From contig DATIEQ010000126.1 of NCBI GenBank assembly GCA_035455665.1, positions 1 to 26,362 on the forward strand: a stretch of DNA of 26,362 nt, written 5' to 3'. Origin of the DNA: Gammaproteobacteria bacterium. Lineage in GTDB: Bacteria; Pseudomonadota; Gammaproteobacteria; Natronospirales; REEB76. The notes beneath the pieces were generated by a model, which saw nothing but the letters and a program-made list of their open reading frames with translations, did no database searches and was not told the DNA's origin. Both the position numbers and the translations under genes were made by a program. This document shows, piece by piece, positions 16,877 through 26,362 of the stretch (position 1 is its first letter; every line of letters starts with the position of its first letter).

Positions 16877-19153
16877 TTATTTCTGCCTTCCGGGCCAACG
16901 GGATTCCGGATACAGGGCGTCCACCGTGCGGTAATTCCGCGGCAGTTTCAGGCCGCGCCGGCCCCGCTCCCCCAGGAACTCCTTGAGCTCCTTGGGTCCC
17001 AGGCTCATGTGGCGCTGGCCGCAGACGATGACCAGCCCCTCCTCCACCGGCACCGAGGTCACCGCCGCCATGTACTGCTCACGTGTCGCATGCTTCTTGC
17101 TGGAGATACCCAGGATCTTGTTGCCCTTGCCCCGTGCCAGCTCCGGCAGGTCTTTGGCCGGGAACACCAAGAGGTGCCCCTCGTTGCTGACCGCGGCGAT
17201 GAGGTCGCTCTTCAAATCCTTCACTGGCGCCGGCACGCAGACCTTCCAGCCGGGCTTCACCCGGAGCGCCGCCTTGCCGGAGCGGTTGCGGGACACGAGC
17301 TCCCCGAGCTTCACGACGAAGCCGTAGCCCGCATCGCTCGCCATGAGCCAGCGGTCCTCCGCCTCGCCGATGAGCGCGCCGGTGAAGGTCGCCCCCTCCG
17401 GCGGCGCGACGCGACCGGTGAGCGGTTCCCCCTGGCTGCGTGCCGAAGGCAGCGTATGCGCCGGCAGCGTATAGGCACGGCCGGTGGAATCCAGGAACAC
17501 CGCCGACTGGTTACTCTTGCCGTAGGCAGCGGTGAGGAAGGAATCGCCGGACTTGTAGCTGAGCGTCGTGGGATCGAGCTCGTGCCCCTTCGCGGCTCGC
17601 ACCCAGCCCGACTTCGAGAGGATGACGGTGGTGGGCTCCGTGGGCAGGAGCTGAGTCTCGTCGATGGCCTGGGCCGCGGCCGCCCGCTCCACGAGCTGGG
17701 AGCGGCGCTTGTCGCCGTAGGTCTCGGCATCCGCCGCGAGTTCGGTGCGGATGAGTTTCTTGAGCCGCGCCTTGGACCCCAAGGTCTCTTCGAGCGCCTT
17801 GCGCTCGGCCGCGAGGTCCTTCTGCTCGCCTTTGATCTTCATCTCCTCGAGCTTGGCCAAGTGCCTCAGTTTCAGCTCGAGGATCGCTTCCGCCTGGATG
17901 TCCGAGAGCTTGAACTTCTTCATCAGCACGGGCTTCGGCTCGTCGTGCTTGCGGATGATGGCGATGACCTCGTCGATGTTGAGGTAGGCGACCAACATCC
18001 CCGCCAGGATGTGCAGGCGCTTCTGGACCTTGTCGAGCCGGAACTCGAGGCGCCGCGTCACCGTGGTGAGGCGGAACTGCAGCCATTCCTCCAGGAGCTC
18101 CTTCAGGTTCTTGACCGCCGGCCGGCCGTCCAGGCCGATCACGTTGACGTTGACCCGATAGCTCCGCTCCAGGTCCGTGGTGGCGAAGAGATGTCCCATG
18201 AGTTCGTCGGAGTCCACGCGGTTCGAGCGCGGCACGATCACGAGGCGCGTCGGGTTCTCGTGGTCGGACTCGTCGCGCAGGTCCTCCACCATCGGGAGCT
18301 TCTTGTTGCGCATCTGCAGCGCGATCTGCTCCAGCACCTTGGCGCCGGACACCTGGTAGGGCAGTGCCGTCACCACGATGTCGCCGCCCTTCTCCCGTGC
18401 CCACTTGGCGCGCATGCGCACGCTGCCGTTGCCGGTCTCGTACATCTGGCGGATCTCGCCCTTGGGCGTGATGATCTCCGCCTCCGTGGGGAAGTCCGGT
18501 CCCTTCACGTGCTCGCAGAGATCCTTCACCGTCGCTTTCGGGTCCTCCAGCAGGCGGATGCAGGCGCTGGCGATCTCCTTCAGGTTGTGAGGTGGGATGT
18601 CCGTGGCCATGCCCACGGCGATGCCGGTGGTGCCGTTGAGCAGGACATTGGGAAGGCGCGCCGGCAGGAGTTTCGGTTCCTCCAACGTGCCGTCGAAGTT
18701 CGGCTGCCAATCCACCGTGCCCTGGCCGAGCTCGGAGAGCAGCACCTCCGCGTACTTGGAGAGCTTCGCCTCCGTGTAGCGCATGGCGGCAAAGGACTTG
18801 GGATCGTCCGTCGAGCCCCAGTTACCCTGCCCCTCGATCAAGGGGTATCGGTAGGAGAAAGGCTGGGCCATGAGCACCATGGCCTCGTAGCAGGCGGAAT
18901 CCCCGTGGGGGTGATACTTGCCGAGCACGTCGCCCACGGTGCGGGCGGATTTCTTGGGTTTGGCCGTGTAGTCGAGGGAGAGCTCCGACATGGCGAAGAC
19001 GATGCGCCGCTGCACGGGCTTGAGTCCGTCGCCGATGTGGGGCAGCGCCCGGTCCAGAATGACGTACATGGAATAGTCCAGATACGCCTTCTCCGTGAAG
19101 GCCTTCAAAGGCTGTTGTTCCGCGCCTTTGACCGTGAATGTCTGTTCCGACAT
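16877..19153 (-). CDS. parC: DNA topoisomerase IV subunit A
   Basis: [43 protein letters not shown] (QRDR Ser/Glu look wild type), AAMRYTE catalytic Tyr, C-terminal pinwheel. Confidence 0.98.
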   Translation of the reverse strand: MSEQTFTVKGAEQQPLKAFTEKAYLDYSMYVILDRALPHIGDGLKPVQRRIVFAMSELSLDYTAKPKKSARTVGDVLGKYHPHGDSACYEAMVLMAQPFSYRYPLIEGQGNWGSTDDPKSFAAMRYTEAKLSKYAEVLLSELGQGTVDWQPNFDGTLEEPKLLPARLPNVLLNGTTGIAVGMATDIPPHNLKEIASACIRLLEDPKATVKDLCEHVKGPDFPTEAEIITPKGEIRQMYETGNGSVRMRAKWAREKGGDIVVTALPYQVSGAKVLEQIALQMRNKKLPMVEDLRDESDHENPTRLVIVPRSNRVDSDELMGHLFATTDLERSYRVNVNVIGLDGRPAVKNLKELLEEWLQFRLTTVTRRLEFRLDKVQKRLHILAGMLVAYLNIDEVIAIIRKHDEPKPVLMKKFKLSDIQAEAILELKLRHLAKLEEMKIKGEQKDLAAERKALEETLGSKARLKKLIRTELAADAETYGDKRRSQLVERAAAAQAIDETQLLPTEPTTVILSKSGWVRAAKGHELDPTTLSYKSGDSFLTAAYGKSNQSAVFLDSTGRAYTLPAHTLPSARSQGEPLTGRVAPPEGATFTGALIGEAEDRWLMASDAGYGFVVKLGELVSRNRSGKAALRVKPGWKVCVPAPVKDLKSDLIAAVSNEGHLLVFPAKDLPELARGKGNKILGISSKKHATREQYMAAVTSVPVEEGLVIVCGQRHMSLGPKELKEFLGERGRRGLKLPRNYRTVDALYPESRWPGRQK

Positions 19154-19361
19154 CGCGCTACACCTTTGTGGATGCGTAAATATTGAGAACGCCGATTGCC
19201 CTCAGACAGCCGCGCCACCACACGCCGCAGAAACCGCCCATCACATCTAGCGGTCAGGACGAATTCTACCGGATGAATTGGCATGGATTTCAAATATTTA
19301 GGCGTGCATCTGGCCCTCATTCCCTCCTCTGACACGGCGACCCGCTATCGACCGCGACTGC

Positions 19362-19394
19362 TTGCATAACGAGAAATATCTGACTATAGTCAGA
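19362..19394 (+). promoter_or_regulatory. Sigma70 promoter overlapped by a perfect 16-bp palindrome (likely MarR operator)
   Basis: TTGCAT(19362)-17-TATAGT(19385). TCTGACTATAGTCAGA at 19379-19394 is its own reverse complement. Confidence 0.7.
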
Positions 19395-19487
19395 ATACTG
19401 TGCAAGTCAGATACATGATGTTCGGCGCAGCCTAAGGCGTTTTCACCGTCGTGCCTCGATGATCCTGCCACTGCCACGGGATTCCAG

Positions 19488-20378
19488 ATGTCCAACATCA
19501 GCCAAGTCCGCAGTTTCAACCGCACGGTCACCCGCCAGGTGGGCGCCCTCGAGGCCCACTTCCTGGATACCCCGCGCTCACTCGCCGCGTGCCGTCTGCT
19601 CTTCGAGATCGGCCCCGATGGCCAAGACCTGGTACACCTGCGCGCCAGTCTTGGACTCGATTCCGGTTACCTGAGCCGGCTTCTGCGTGGCCTAGAGAAG
19701 GAGGGGCTCGTCAGGACCAAAGGATCGTCACGGGATTCCCGCATCCGGCGGGCTACTCTCACGAGCAAGGGGCGGGTTGAACTCGACCGGTTGAATCGGA
19801 AGTCTGACACGGCTGCTGAAAATCTATTAAACGCTTTGCGTCCGTCCCAGCGCACCATCCTCACCGAGGCTATGGCGACGGTCGAGCGTCTGATCATAAG
19901 TGCCTCTGTCGAGATCCGGGTCGAGCCTCCGGCTTCTCCTGCTGCTCACTACTGTCTGGACTCATATTTCGCCGAGATTGGAGAACGCTTTGAGTCCGGG
20001 TTCAATCCTGGGCTCAGCCCTACTCACGCACCTGATTTTCAACCACCTCGCGGCTACTTCCTCATCGCGTGGCTTTATGGAGATCCCGTAGGTTGTGCCG
20101 GTCTCCGACTCGGTCCGACCTTTGCCGAGATAAAGCGCATGTGGGTGGCCCCGCAAAGCCGGGGGCTCGGCATCGGTCGACGCTTGCTGGACCGGCTCGA
20201 AGACCTTGCACTACAACACAGACTCTCTGCCATGAGGCTGGAGACCAATCGGGTCTTAATCGAAGCTCAAAACCTCTACCGCTCGCAGGGTTTCCGAGAA
20301 GTGCCAGCATTCAATGACGAGCCCTACGCCCATTTCTGGTTCGAGAAACGACTCAAATCTTCGAAGGGAAAGCTATGA
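19488..20378 (+). CDS. MarR-type wHTH / GNAT acetyltransferase fusion
   Basis: VRSFNRTVT, LDSGYLSRLLRGLEKEGLV...DSRIRRATLTSKG (MarR); EIKRMWVAPQSRGLGIGRRLL and LYRSQGF (GNAT motifs). Confidence 0.9.
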   Translation: MSNISQVRSFNRTVTRQVGALEAHFLDTPRSLAACRLLFEIGPDGQDLVHLRASLGLDSGYLSRLLRGLEKEGLVRTKGSSRDSRIRRATLTSKGRVELDRLNRKSDTAAENLLNALRPSQRTILTEAMATVERLIISASVEIRVEPPASPAAHYCLDSYFAEIGERFESGFNPGLSPTHAPDFQPPRGYFLIAWLYGDPVGCAGLRLGPTFAEIKRMWVAPQSRGLGIGRRLLDRLEDLALQHRLSAMRLETNRVLIEAQNLYRSQGFREVPAFNDEPYAHFWFEKRLKSSKGKL

Positions 20379-20481
20379 CCAAGCAGATCATCCATACTGA
20401 TAAAGCGCCGAAACCTCTCGCGGGCCACAGCCAGGCAGCGATGGCATGAAGGTATCTATCACCGTAATCGCGGCAGCCTAA
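20375..20481 (+). pseudogene. Internally deleted RidA/YjgF (Rid family) remnant
   Basis: ATGA-coupled to MarR-GNAT. MTKQIIHTDKAPKPLAGHSQA resembles a RidA N-terminus and stops at 20449. A different frame gives MKVSITVIAAA* (20446-20481), resembling the Rid C-terminal strand. Confidence 0.7.
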
Positions 20482-20519
20482 GCAAGCTGCTGATGGATCG
20501 ACAAGCTCCATAGAACTCC

Positions 20520-22442
<1,923 letters not shown>

Positions 22443-22456
22443 CTACCCCGAATCTA

Positions 22457-22585
22457 TGCTCAAAGCTGCTGCGCTTGGCATGACTTCGTTGCGCTTCGGC
22501 TCGGGATCCTCACGTGCTATCGGAGTACGCTCCGGTTCCTCGCCTCGCGCGCCTCATCCTGCCTTCGCTCGCGACGCTTTGATCA
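22457..22585. repeat. About 130-bp intergenic palindromic element (REP/MITE-like)
   Basis: Ends TGCTCAAAGC / GCTTTGATCA (9/10 inverted match). Central CGTGCT-ATCGG-AGTACG hairpin inside CTCACGT...GTACGCTCCGG. Single copy in this window. Confidence 0.45.
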
Positions 22586-22598
22586 GCTTGTAGAAAAA

Positions 22599-23201
22599 TC
22601 AGGCCAGATCGGCGAGCAAAGATTTCTTGAGCGCGTCCGGCACCGGCTTGAGTTCGTGCCGATAGTGGACGTGATCCACACCCGCATCGAGGGCCGCACC
22701 CGCTTTCAGGGATTCCACCATCGTCGGCGTCAACTCGAAGCGCAGGAAGTGCACCGACGAGGTCTTCTCCGCCGTCTCCCGTTCCAGGTCCTCGTCGGCG
22801 ATGGGCTGCACCGGCTCGTGGCCTGCGACCTGAAGCCACACCCGCACCTCGATGCCGATGAGCTGGGCGAGTGCTTTTTTCCGCTCCTCCACGTCGTCGA
22901 ACTCGATGAGCAGGGTCGCCTTCCAGTTCGCGCCGTCCGGGATCAAGGGGTTGTAGGCGTCGAGCTCTTCCTGGATGCCCGCTGCCTCGAAGATGCGCTC
23001 CGTACGCAGCATCTCCTGCACCTGGTACTGCATGGTGAGCCGGTCCTCGAAGAGCAGGGTCAGGTTCGGCCCGAGATGCAGGGTGCGGGCCTTCTTGTGC
23101 TGCATCACCTGGCGGCGGAAATCCTCGCGTTTCTGCGCATATTCCTCCAGGCTCCAGAGGTCTTTGCGCTCGAGTTTCTGCAGGGTCCGGAGAGTCGTCA
23201 T
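22599..23201 (-). CDS. DUF3501 family protein (rubrerythrin-associated)
   Basis: LWSLEEYAQKR, LLFEDRLTMQYQVQEMLRTE, EELDAYNPLIP, ATLLIEF, KTSSVHFLRF. Context with rubrerythrin and Fe-S oxidoreductase. Confidence 0.88.
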   Translation of the reverse strand: MTTLRTLQKLERKDLWSLEEYAQKREDFRRQVMQHKKARTLHLGPNLTLLFEDRLTMQYQVQEMLRTERIFEAAGIQEELDAYNPLIPDGANWKATLLIEFDDVEERKKALAQLIGIEVRVWLQVAGHEPVQPIADEDLERETAEKTSSVHFLRFELTPTMVESLKAGAALDAGVDHVHYRHELKPVPDALKKSLLADLA

Positions 23202-23488
23202 TTATGATCCGTGATGGGTCCGTCTTTGAAAAGATAGTCTTTCAATTCGTGATCGAAGCGCGGGTTGTGGCGACGGATCCATTCCAGCACCATGGAGGCG
23301 TGCTCCATCTCCTCGTCCCGGTTGTGGGCGAGGATGGACTTGAGCTCCTTGTCCTTGCAGGCGGCGACCCGCTGGTTGTACCAGTCCACCGCCTCCAGTT
23401 CCTCCATGAGCGACACCACCGCCCGGTGGAAGTCACGCACCTCGTCGTTCAGTTCCTCGATCGGCTCGTGGTAACCAACGCTGGCCAT
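23198..23488 (-). CDS. Encapsulated-ferritin (EncFtn/Flp)-like protein without a C-terminal targeting peptide
   Basis: YHEP, HRAVVSLMEELEAVDWYNQR, LAHNRDEEMEHASMVLEWIRR, YLFKDGPIT. Ferroxidase residues E30, Y37, E60, H63 and entry residues H55, E59, E62 present. Strong GAGGAG RBS. Confidence 0.88.
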   Translation of the reverse strand: MASVGYHEPIEELNDEVRDFHRAVVSLMEELEAVDWYNQRVAACKDKELKSILAHNRDEEMEHASMVLEWIRRHNPRFDHELKDYLFKDGPITDHK

Positions 23489-23521
23489 GGTTCTCTCCTC
23501 GTATCGAATCCGGTTATTAGT

Positions 23522-24868
23522 CTATAGACCGTAGGCCTTGCGGAGCAGCTCCATGGGAAGTTCAGGTTCCTTCCTGCCCGGAAGACCGTTCTGTATCTGC
23601 TCGGCGGCCATGGGACAGTCGCTGATGTAATGGTCGCAGCCGGACTCCGCTACCTTGTTCATCACCGGCCGGCCGATCTTCATGGACACCTCGTGGTATT
23701 CGCTCTTCACCGCGTAGGTGCCGTTGTGGCCGGAGCAGCGTTCGATGGCCTCGACCGTCGTCTCCGGCACCAGTTCCAGCATCTCTTTGGTCTTGAGTCC
23801 CAGGTTCTGCACCCGCTGATGGCAGGGCACGTGATAGGACACCTTGCCGAGCGGCGTCTTGAAATCGGTCTTCAGCTTGCCGGCCTTGTGGCGCAGCATC
23901 AGGTATTCGAAGGGATCGTAGATGGCGTCCCGGACCTTCCGCACCTCGCGATCGTCCGGGAACATGAGCGGCAGCTCCTGCTTGTACATGAGCACGCAGG
24001 AGGGGATGGGCGCCACGATGTCCCACCCTTCGTCCACGAGCTTCGCGAGCATGGGGATGTTCTCGTCCTTGTTCTTCTTGATGGTGTCGAAATCGCCCAG
24101 TTCCAGCTTCGGCATGCCGCAGCATTTCTCCTGGGGTGTGAGCCGCACCGGCACGCCGTTGTGCTCGAACACCTTCACCAGGTCCTCCGCCATCCCGGGT
24201 TTGTTGTGGTTACCGTAGCAGGTGAGGTAGAGCGCCACTTTGCCGCGAGTGCCTTCCACCGGCTCGATCGGCGATTCGAGCGGCGTATGGTTCTTCAATC
24301 GCTTGCGCGCATTGTCGCTGTGGAATTCCGGCACCACCGCGTCCGGATGTATCCCCAGGGCCTTGTCCAAGATCTTGCGGGCGACGCCGTTCTTGTTCAC
24401 GGCGTTCACCACCTGTACCACGATGGGGATGCCGGCGAACTGCCCGAGCTTGTCGGGTGCGGAGAGCAGTGTGTCCCGCAAGCTCGCACCCTGCTTCTTG
24501 AACTTCACCGCCTTCGCCCGGAGCATCAGGTGCGGGAAGTCCACGTTCCAGGGATGGGGTGGGACGTAGGGGCACTTGGTCATGTAGCACATGTCGCAGA
24601 GGTAGCAGTGGTCCACCACCTCCCAATAGACCTTCTTGTCTACCCCATCCAGTTCCATCGTCGTCGACGCGTCGATGGCGTCGAACAGCGTCGGGAAGGA
24701 GTTGCACAGGCTGAAGCAGCGGCGGCAGCCGTGGCAGATGTCGAACACCCGCTCCAGTTCGGTCGTCAGCGCCTGCTCGTCCCAGAATTCAGGCTTCTGC
24801 CAGTCGATGGGATGGCGGGTCGGGGCCTCGAGCCCCCCTTCGCGCCGCTCGCCTCCGCCTTTGGACAT
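23522..24868 (-). CDS. Rubrerythrin-associated Fe-S oxidoreductase (GlpC/HdrD-like, CCG domains)
   Basis: [47 protein letters not shown]. Start ATG 24868. Confidence 0.9.
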   Translation of the reverse strand: MSKGGGERREGGLEAPTRHPIDWQKPEFWDEQALTTELERVFDICHGCRRCFSLCNSFPTLFDAIDASTTMELDGVDKKVYWEVVDHCYLCDMCYMTKCPYVPPHPWNVDFPHLMLRAKAVKFKKQGASLRDTLLSAPDKLGQFAGIPIVVQVVNAVNKNGVARKILDKALGIHPDAVVPEFHSDNARKRLKNHTPLESPIEPVEGTRGKVALYLTCYGNHNKPGMAEDLVKVFEHNGVPVRLTPQEKCCGMPKLELGDFDTIKKNKDENIPMLAKLVDEGWDIVAPIPSCVLMYKQELPLMFPDDREVRKVRDAIYDPFEYLMLRHKAGKLKTDFKTPLGKVSYHVPCHQRVQNLGLKTKEMLELVPETTVEAIERCSGHNGTYAVKSEYHEVSMKIGRPVMNKVAESGCDHYISDCPMAAEQIQNGLPGRKEPELPMELLRKAYGL

Positions 24869-24900
24869 GGATCCGGATCCCCTGTGTTCGCGGGTAGACA

Positions 24901-24923
24901 CGGGGGGCGTGTCACACCCCCCG
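24901..24923 (-). other. 10-bp GC stem-loop between rubrerythrin and the oxidoreductase
   Basis: Minus strand CGGGGGGTGT-GAC-ACGCCCCCCG with one G-U pair. No U-tract. Confidence 0.55.
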
Positions 24924-24942
24924 ATAGATCAGCTCTGCTGTC

Positions 24943-25365
24943 TTATTTTCCGAGGCCGTCCAGGGCCTTCTGGAAGCGGTTCGCATGGGAACGCTCCGCC
25001 TTGGCGAGCGTCTCGAACCAGTCCGCGATCTCGCCGAAACCCTCTTCCCGGGCCTTCTTCGCCATGCCGGGGTACATGTCCGTGTACTCGTGGGTCTCGC
25101 CGGCGATGGCTGCCTTCAGGTTCTTATCGGTGGCGCCGATGGGCAGGCCGGTGGCGGGGTCGCCCACCTGCTCCAGGTATTCCAGGTGGCCGTGGGCGTG
25201 GCCGGTCTCGCCTTCCGCAGTGGAACGGAACACGGCGGACACGTCGTTATAGCCCTCCACGTCGGCCTTGGCCGCGAAGTAGAGGTAGCGGCGGTTCGCC
25301 TGGGACTCCCCGGCGAACGCGGCTTTGAGGTTTTCCTCGGTCTTGGTGCCTTTGAGCTTGCTCAT
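24943..25365 (-). CDS. rbr: Rubrerythrin, short aerobic/sulerythrin type (no rubredoxin domain)
   Basis: [48 protein letters not shown] di-iron ligands. No C-terminal CxxC pairs. Confidence 0.94.
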   Translation of the reverse strand: MSKLKGTKTEENLKAAFAGESQANRRYLYFAAKADVEGYNDVSAVFRSTAEGETGHAHGHLEYLEQVGDPATGLPIGATDKNLKAAIAGETHEYTDMYPGMAKKAREEGFGEIADWFETLAKAERSHANRFQKALDGLGK

Positions 25366-25424
25366 ACGTCCTCCAGGTCTGAATAGCGGTGACGAATCTC
25401 GCGATCACCGGCCGGGACCGATGA

Positions 25425-25441
25425 TTTAGACTTAGTCTAAA
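25425..25441. promoter_or_regulatory. Perfect 8-1-8 palindrome, Fur-family (Irr/PerR-like) operator candidate
   Basis: TTTAGACT-T-AGTCTAAA, just downstream of the predicted rbr promoter. Confidence 0.7.
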
Positions 25442-25451
25442 CTGTGTGGAG

Positions 25452-25481
25452 ACTTTAGCGCCTAGCCCAAGGCCCTGTCAA
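25452..25481 (-). promoter_or_regulatory. Sigma70 promoter of the rubrerythrin operon
   Basis: TTGACA(25481-25476)-18-TAAAGT(25457-25452). Confidence 0.6.
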
Positions 25482-25499
25482 CAAGGCATAGGGCCCGGT

Positions 25500-25528
25500 T
25501 TGACCCCACCCCGGGCCCCGTGTACCTT
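25500..25528 (+). promoter_or_regulatory. Sigma70 promoter of xseB-ispA
   Basis: TTGACC-17-TACCTT with TG immediately 5' of the -10. Confidence 0.5.
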
Positions 25529-25552
25529 GCCAGCGCTTTCACGGAGACCGCC

Positions 25553-25810
25553 GTGGCCAAGACCCCCAAATCCGAATCTCTTACCCCGCCCGACTTCGAG
25601 GCTGCGCTCAAGGAACTCGAGAACATCGTCTCCACCCTGGAAAAAGGCGAGCTGAGCCTCGAGACCTCCCTCAAGCACTTCGAGCGCGGCATCGCCCTCA
25701 CCCGCCAGTGCCAGGCCGCCCTGAAGCAGGCCGAACTCAAGGTCGAGAAGCTCGTCGAGAAGAACGGCAAGCAGACCCTGGAGCCCTTCGAGCCCGACGA
25801 GGACGAATGA
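25553..25810 (+). CDS. xseB: Exodeoxyribonuclease VII small subunit
   Basis: [56 protein letters not shown] start after GGAG. Confidence 0.95.
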   Translation: MAKTPKSESLTPPDFEAALKELENIVSTLEKGELSLETSLKHFERGIALTRQCQAALKQAELKVEKLVEKNGKQTLEPFEPDEDE

Positions 25811-26362
25811 GCCACGGATTCAAGGAGCGGGTGCCGGAGTATGGCGCTCGCATCGAGAAGGTGTTGAACCGCTGGCTGCCGCCGGCGGAGAAGCCCCCAC
25901 AGCGACTGCACCAGGCCATGCGTTACGCCGTCCTCGGCGGCGGCAAGCGTCTCCGTCCCCTCCTCATCTACGCCGCCGGCGAGACGCTCGGTGTCCCGCC
26001 GGAACGCCTCGATGGACCGGCAGCGGCGGTGGAATGCATCCACGCCTATTCCTTGATCCACGACGACCTGCCGGCCATGGACGACGACGACCTGCGCCGC
26101 GGCCGCCCGACCTGCCACAAGGCCTTCGACGAGGCGACGGCGATCCTCGCCGGCGATGCGCTGCAAGTGCTCGCCTTCCTGATCCTGGCGGAGGATCCCG
26201 CCATGGCCGCCGCGCCTGCCGCGCGGGTCGAGATGCTGAAGAGTGTCGCCTTGGCGAGCGGCTCCCTCGGCATGGCCGGAGGCCAGGCCATGGACCTCGC
26301 CGCGGCCGGCAGACCCCTCGGGCTCGCCGAGCTCGAACTCATGCACATCCACAAGACCGGCG
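25807..26362 (+). CDS. ispA: Farnesyl diphosphate synthase / geranyltranstransferase (runs off the right edge)
   Basis: Manual translation: [66 protein letters not shown] overlap with xseB. Confidence 0.96.
   Translation, partial: MSHGFKERVPEYGARIEKVLNRWLPPAEKPPQRLHQAMRYAVLGGGKRLRPLLIYAAGETLGVPPERLDGPAAAVECIHAYSLIHDDLPAMDDDDLRRGRPTCHKAFDEATAILAGDALQVLAFLILAEDPAMAAAPAARVEMLKSVALASGSLGMAGGQAMDLAAAGRPLGLAELELMHIHKTG

Noticed and set aside
17009-19186. 725-aa plus-strand ORF, and similar long ORFs (2388-3458, 10295-11743, 21993-23207, 23630-25252, 25462-26352)
   Set aside because: Antisense shadows of well-supported genes. They have no recognisable motifs and are expected in GC-rich DNA where stop codons are rare.
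19154-19360. Short ORFs upstream of parC (19105-19335, 19298-19531 and small plus-strand ORFs)
   Set aside because: No recognisable family or RBS. Possibly relic DNA of the insertion, but no call is supportable.

Overview
GC-rich, Gammaproteobacteria-type chromosomal window, mostly housekeeping. Minus-strand run: prmB-aroC-asd-fimV-truA-trpF-trpB (trpF carries an apparent 1-nt deletion in a G4 run). Divergent from it: SCO-PCuAC-psd. Next come the EF-P beta-lysylation cluster (efp-epmA-msrC on minus, epmB on plus), a FimX-like degenerate REC-PAS-GGDEF-EAL protein, htpX with a sigma32-type promoter, and parC/parE. parC and parE are separated by an AT-richer, oppositely oriented MarR-GNAT gene plus a Rid-family relic. 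Then an aerobic-type rubrerythrin operon (rbr, Fe-S oxidoreductase, EncFtn-like ferritin, DUF3501) and xseB-ispA. No rRNA, tRNA, CRISPR array or transposase was seen. Best leads: (1) an encapsulated-ferritin (EncFtn) homologue with no targeting peptide and no neighbouring encapsulin shell, coupled inside the rubrerythrin operon under an Irr/PerR-like palindrome; (2) a hairpin-rich efp-epmB intergenic region with a diprolyl-containing uORF whose stop overlaps the epmB start, a candidate EF-P activity sensor; (3) the insertion splitting parE from parC; (4) a probably leaderless SCO operon. All family assignments come from motif recognition by eye; no database search was run.
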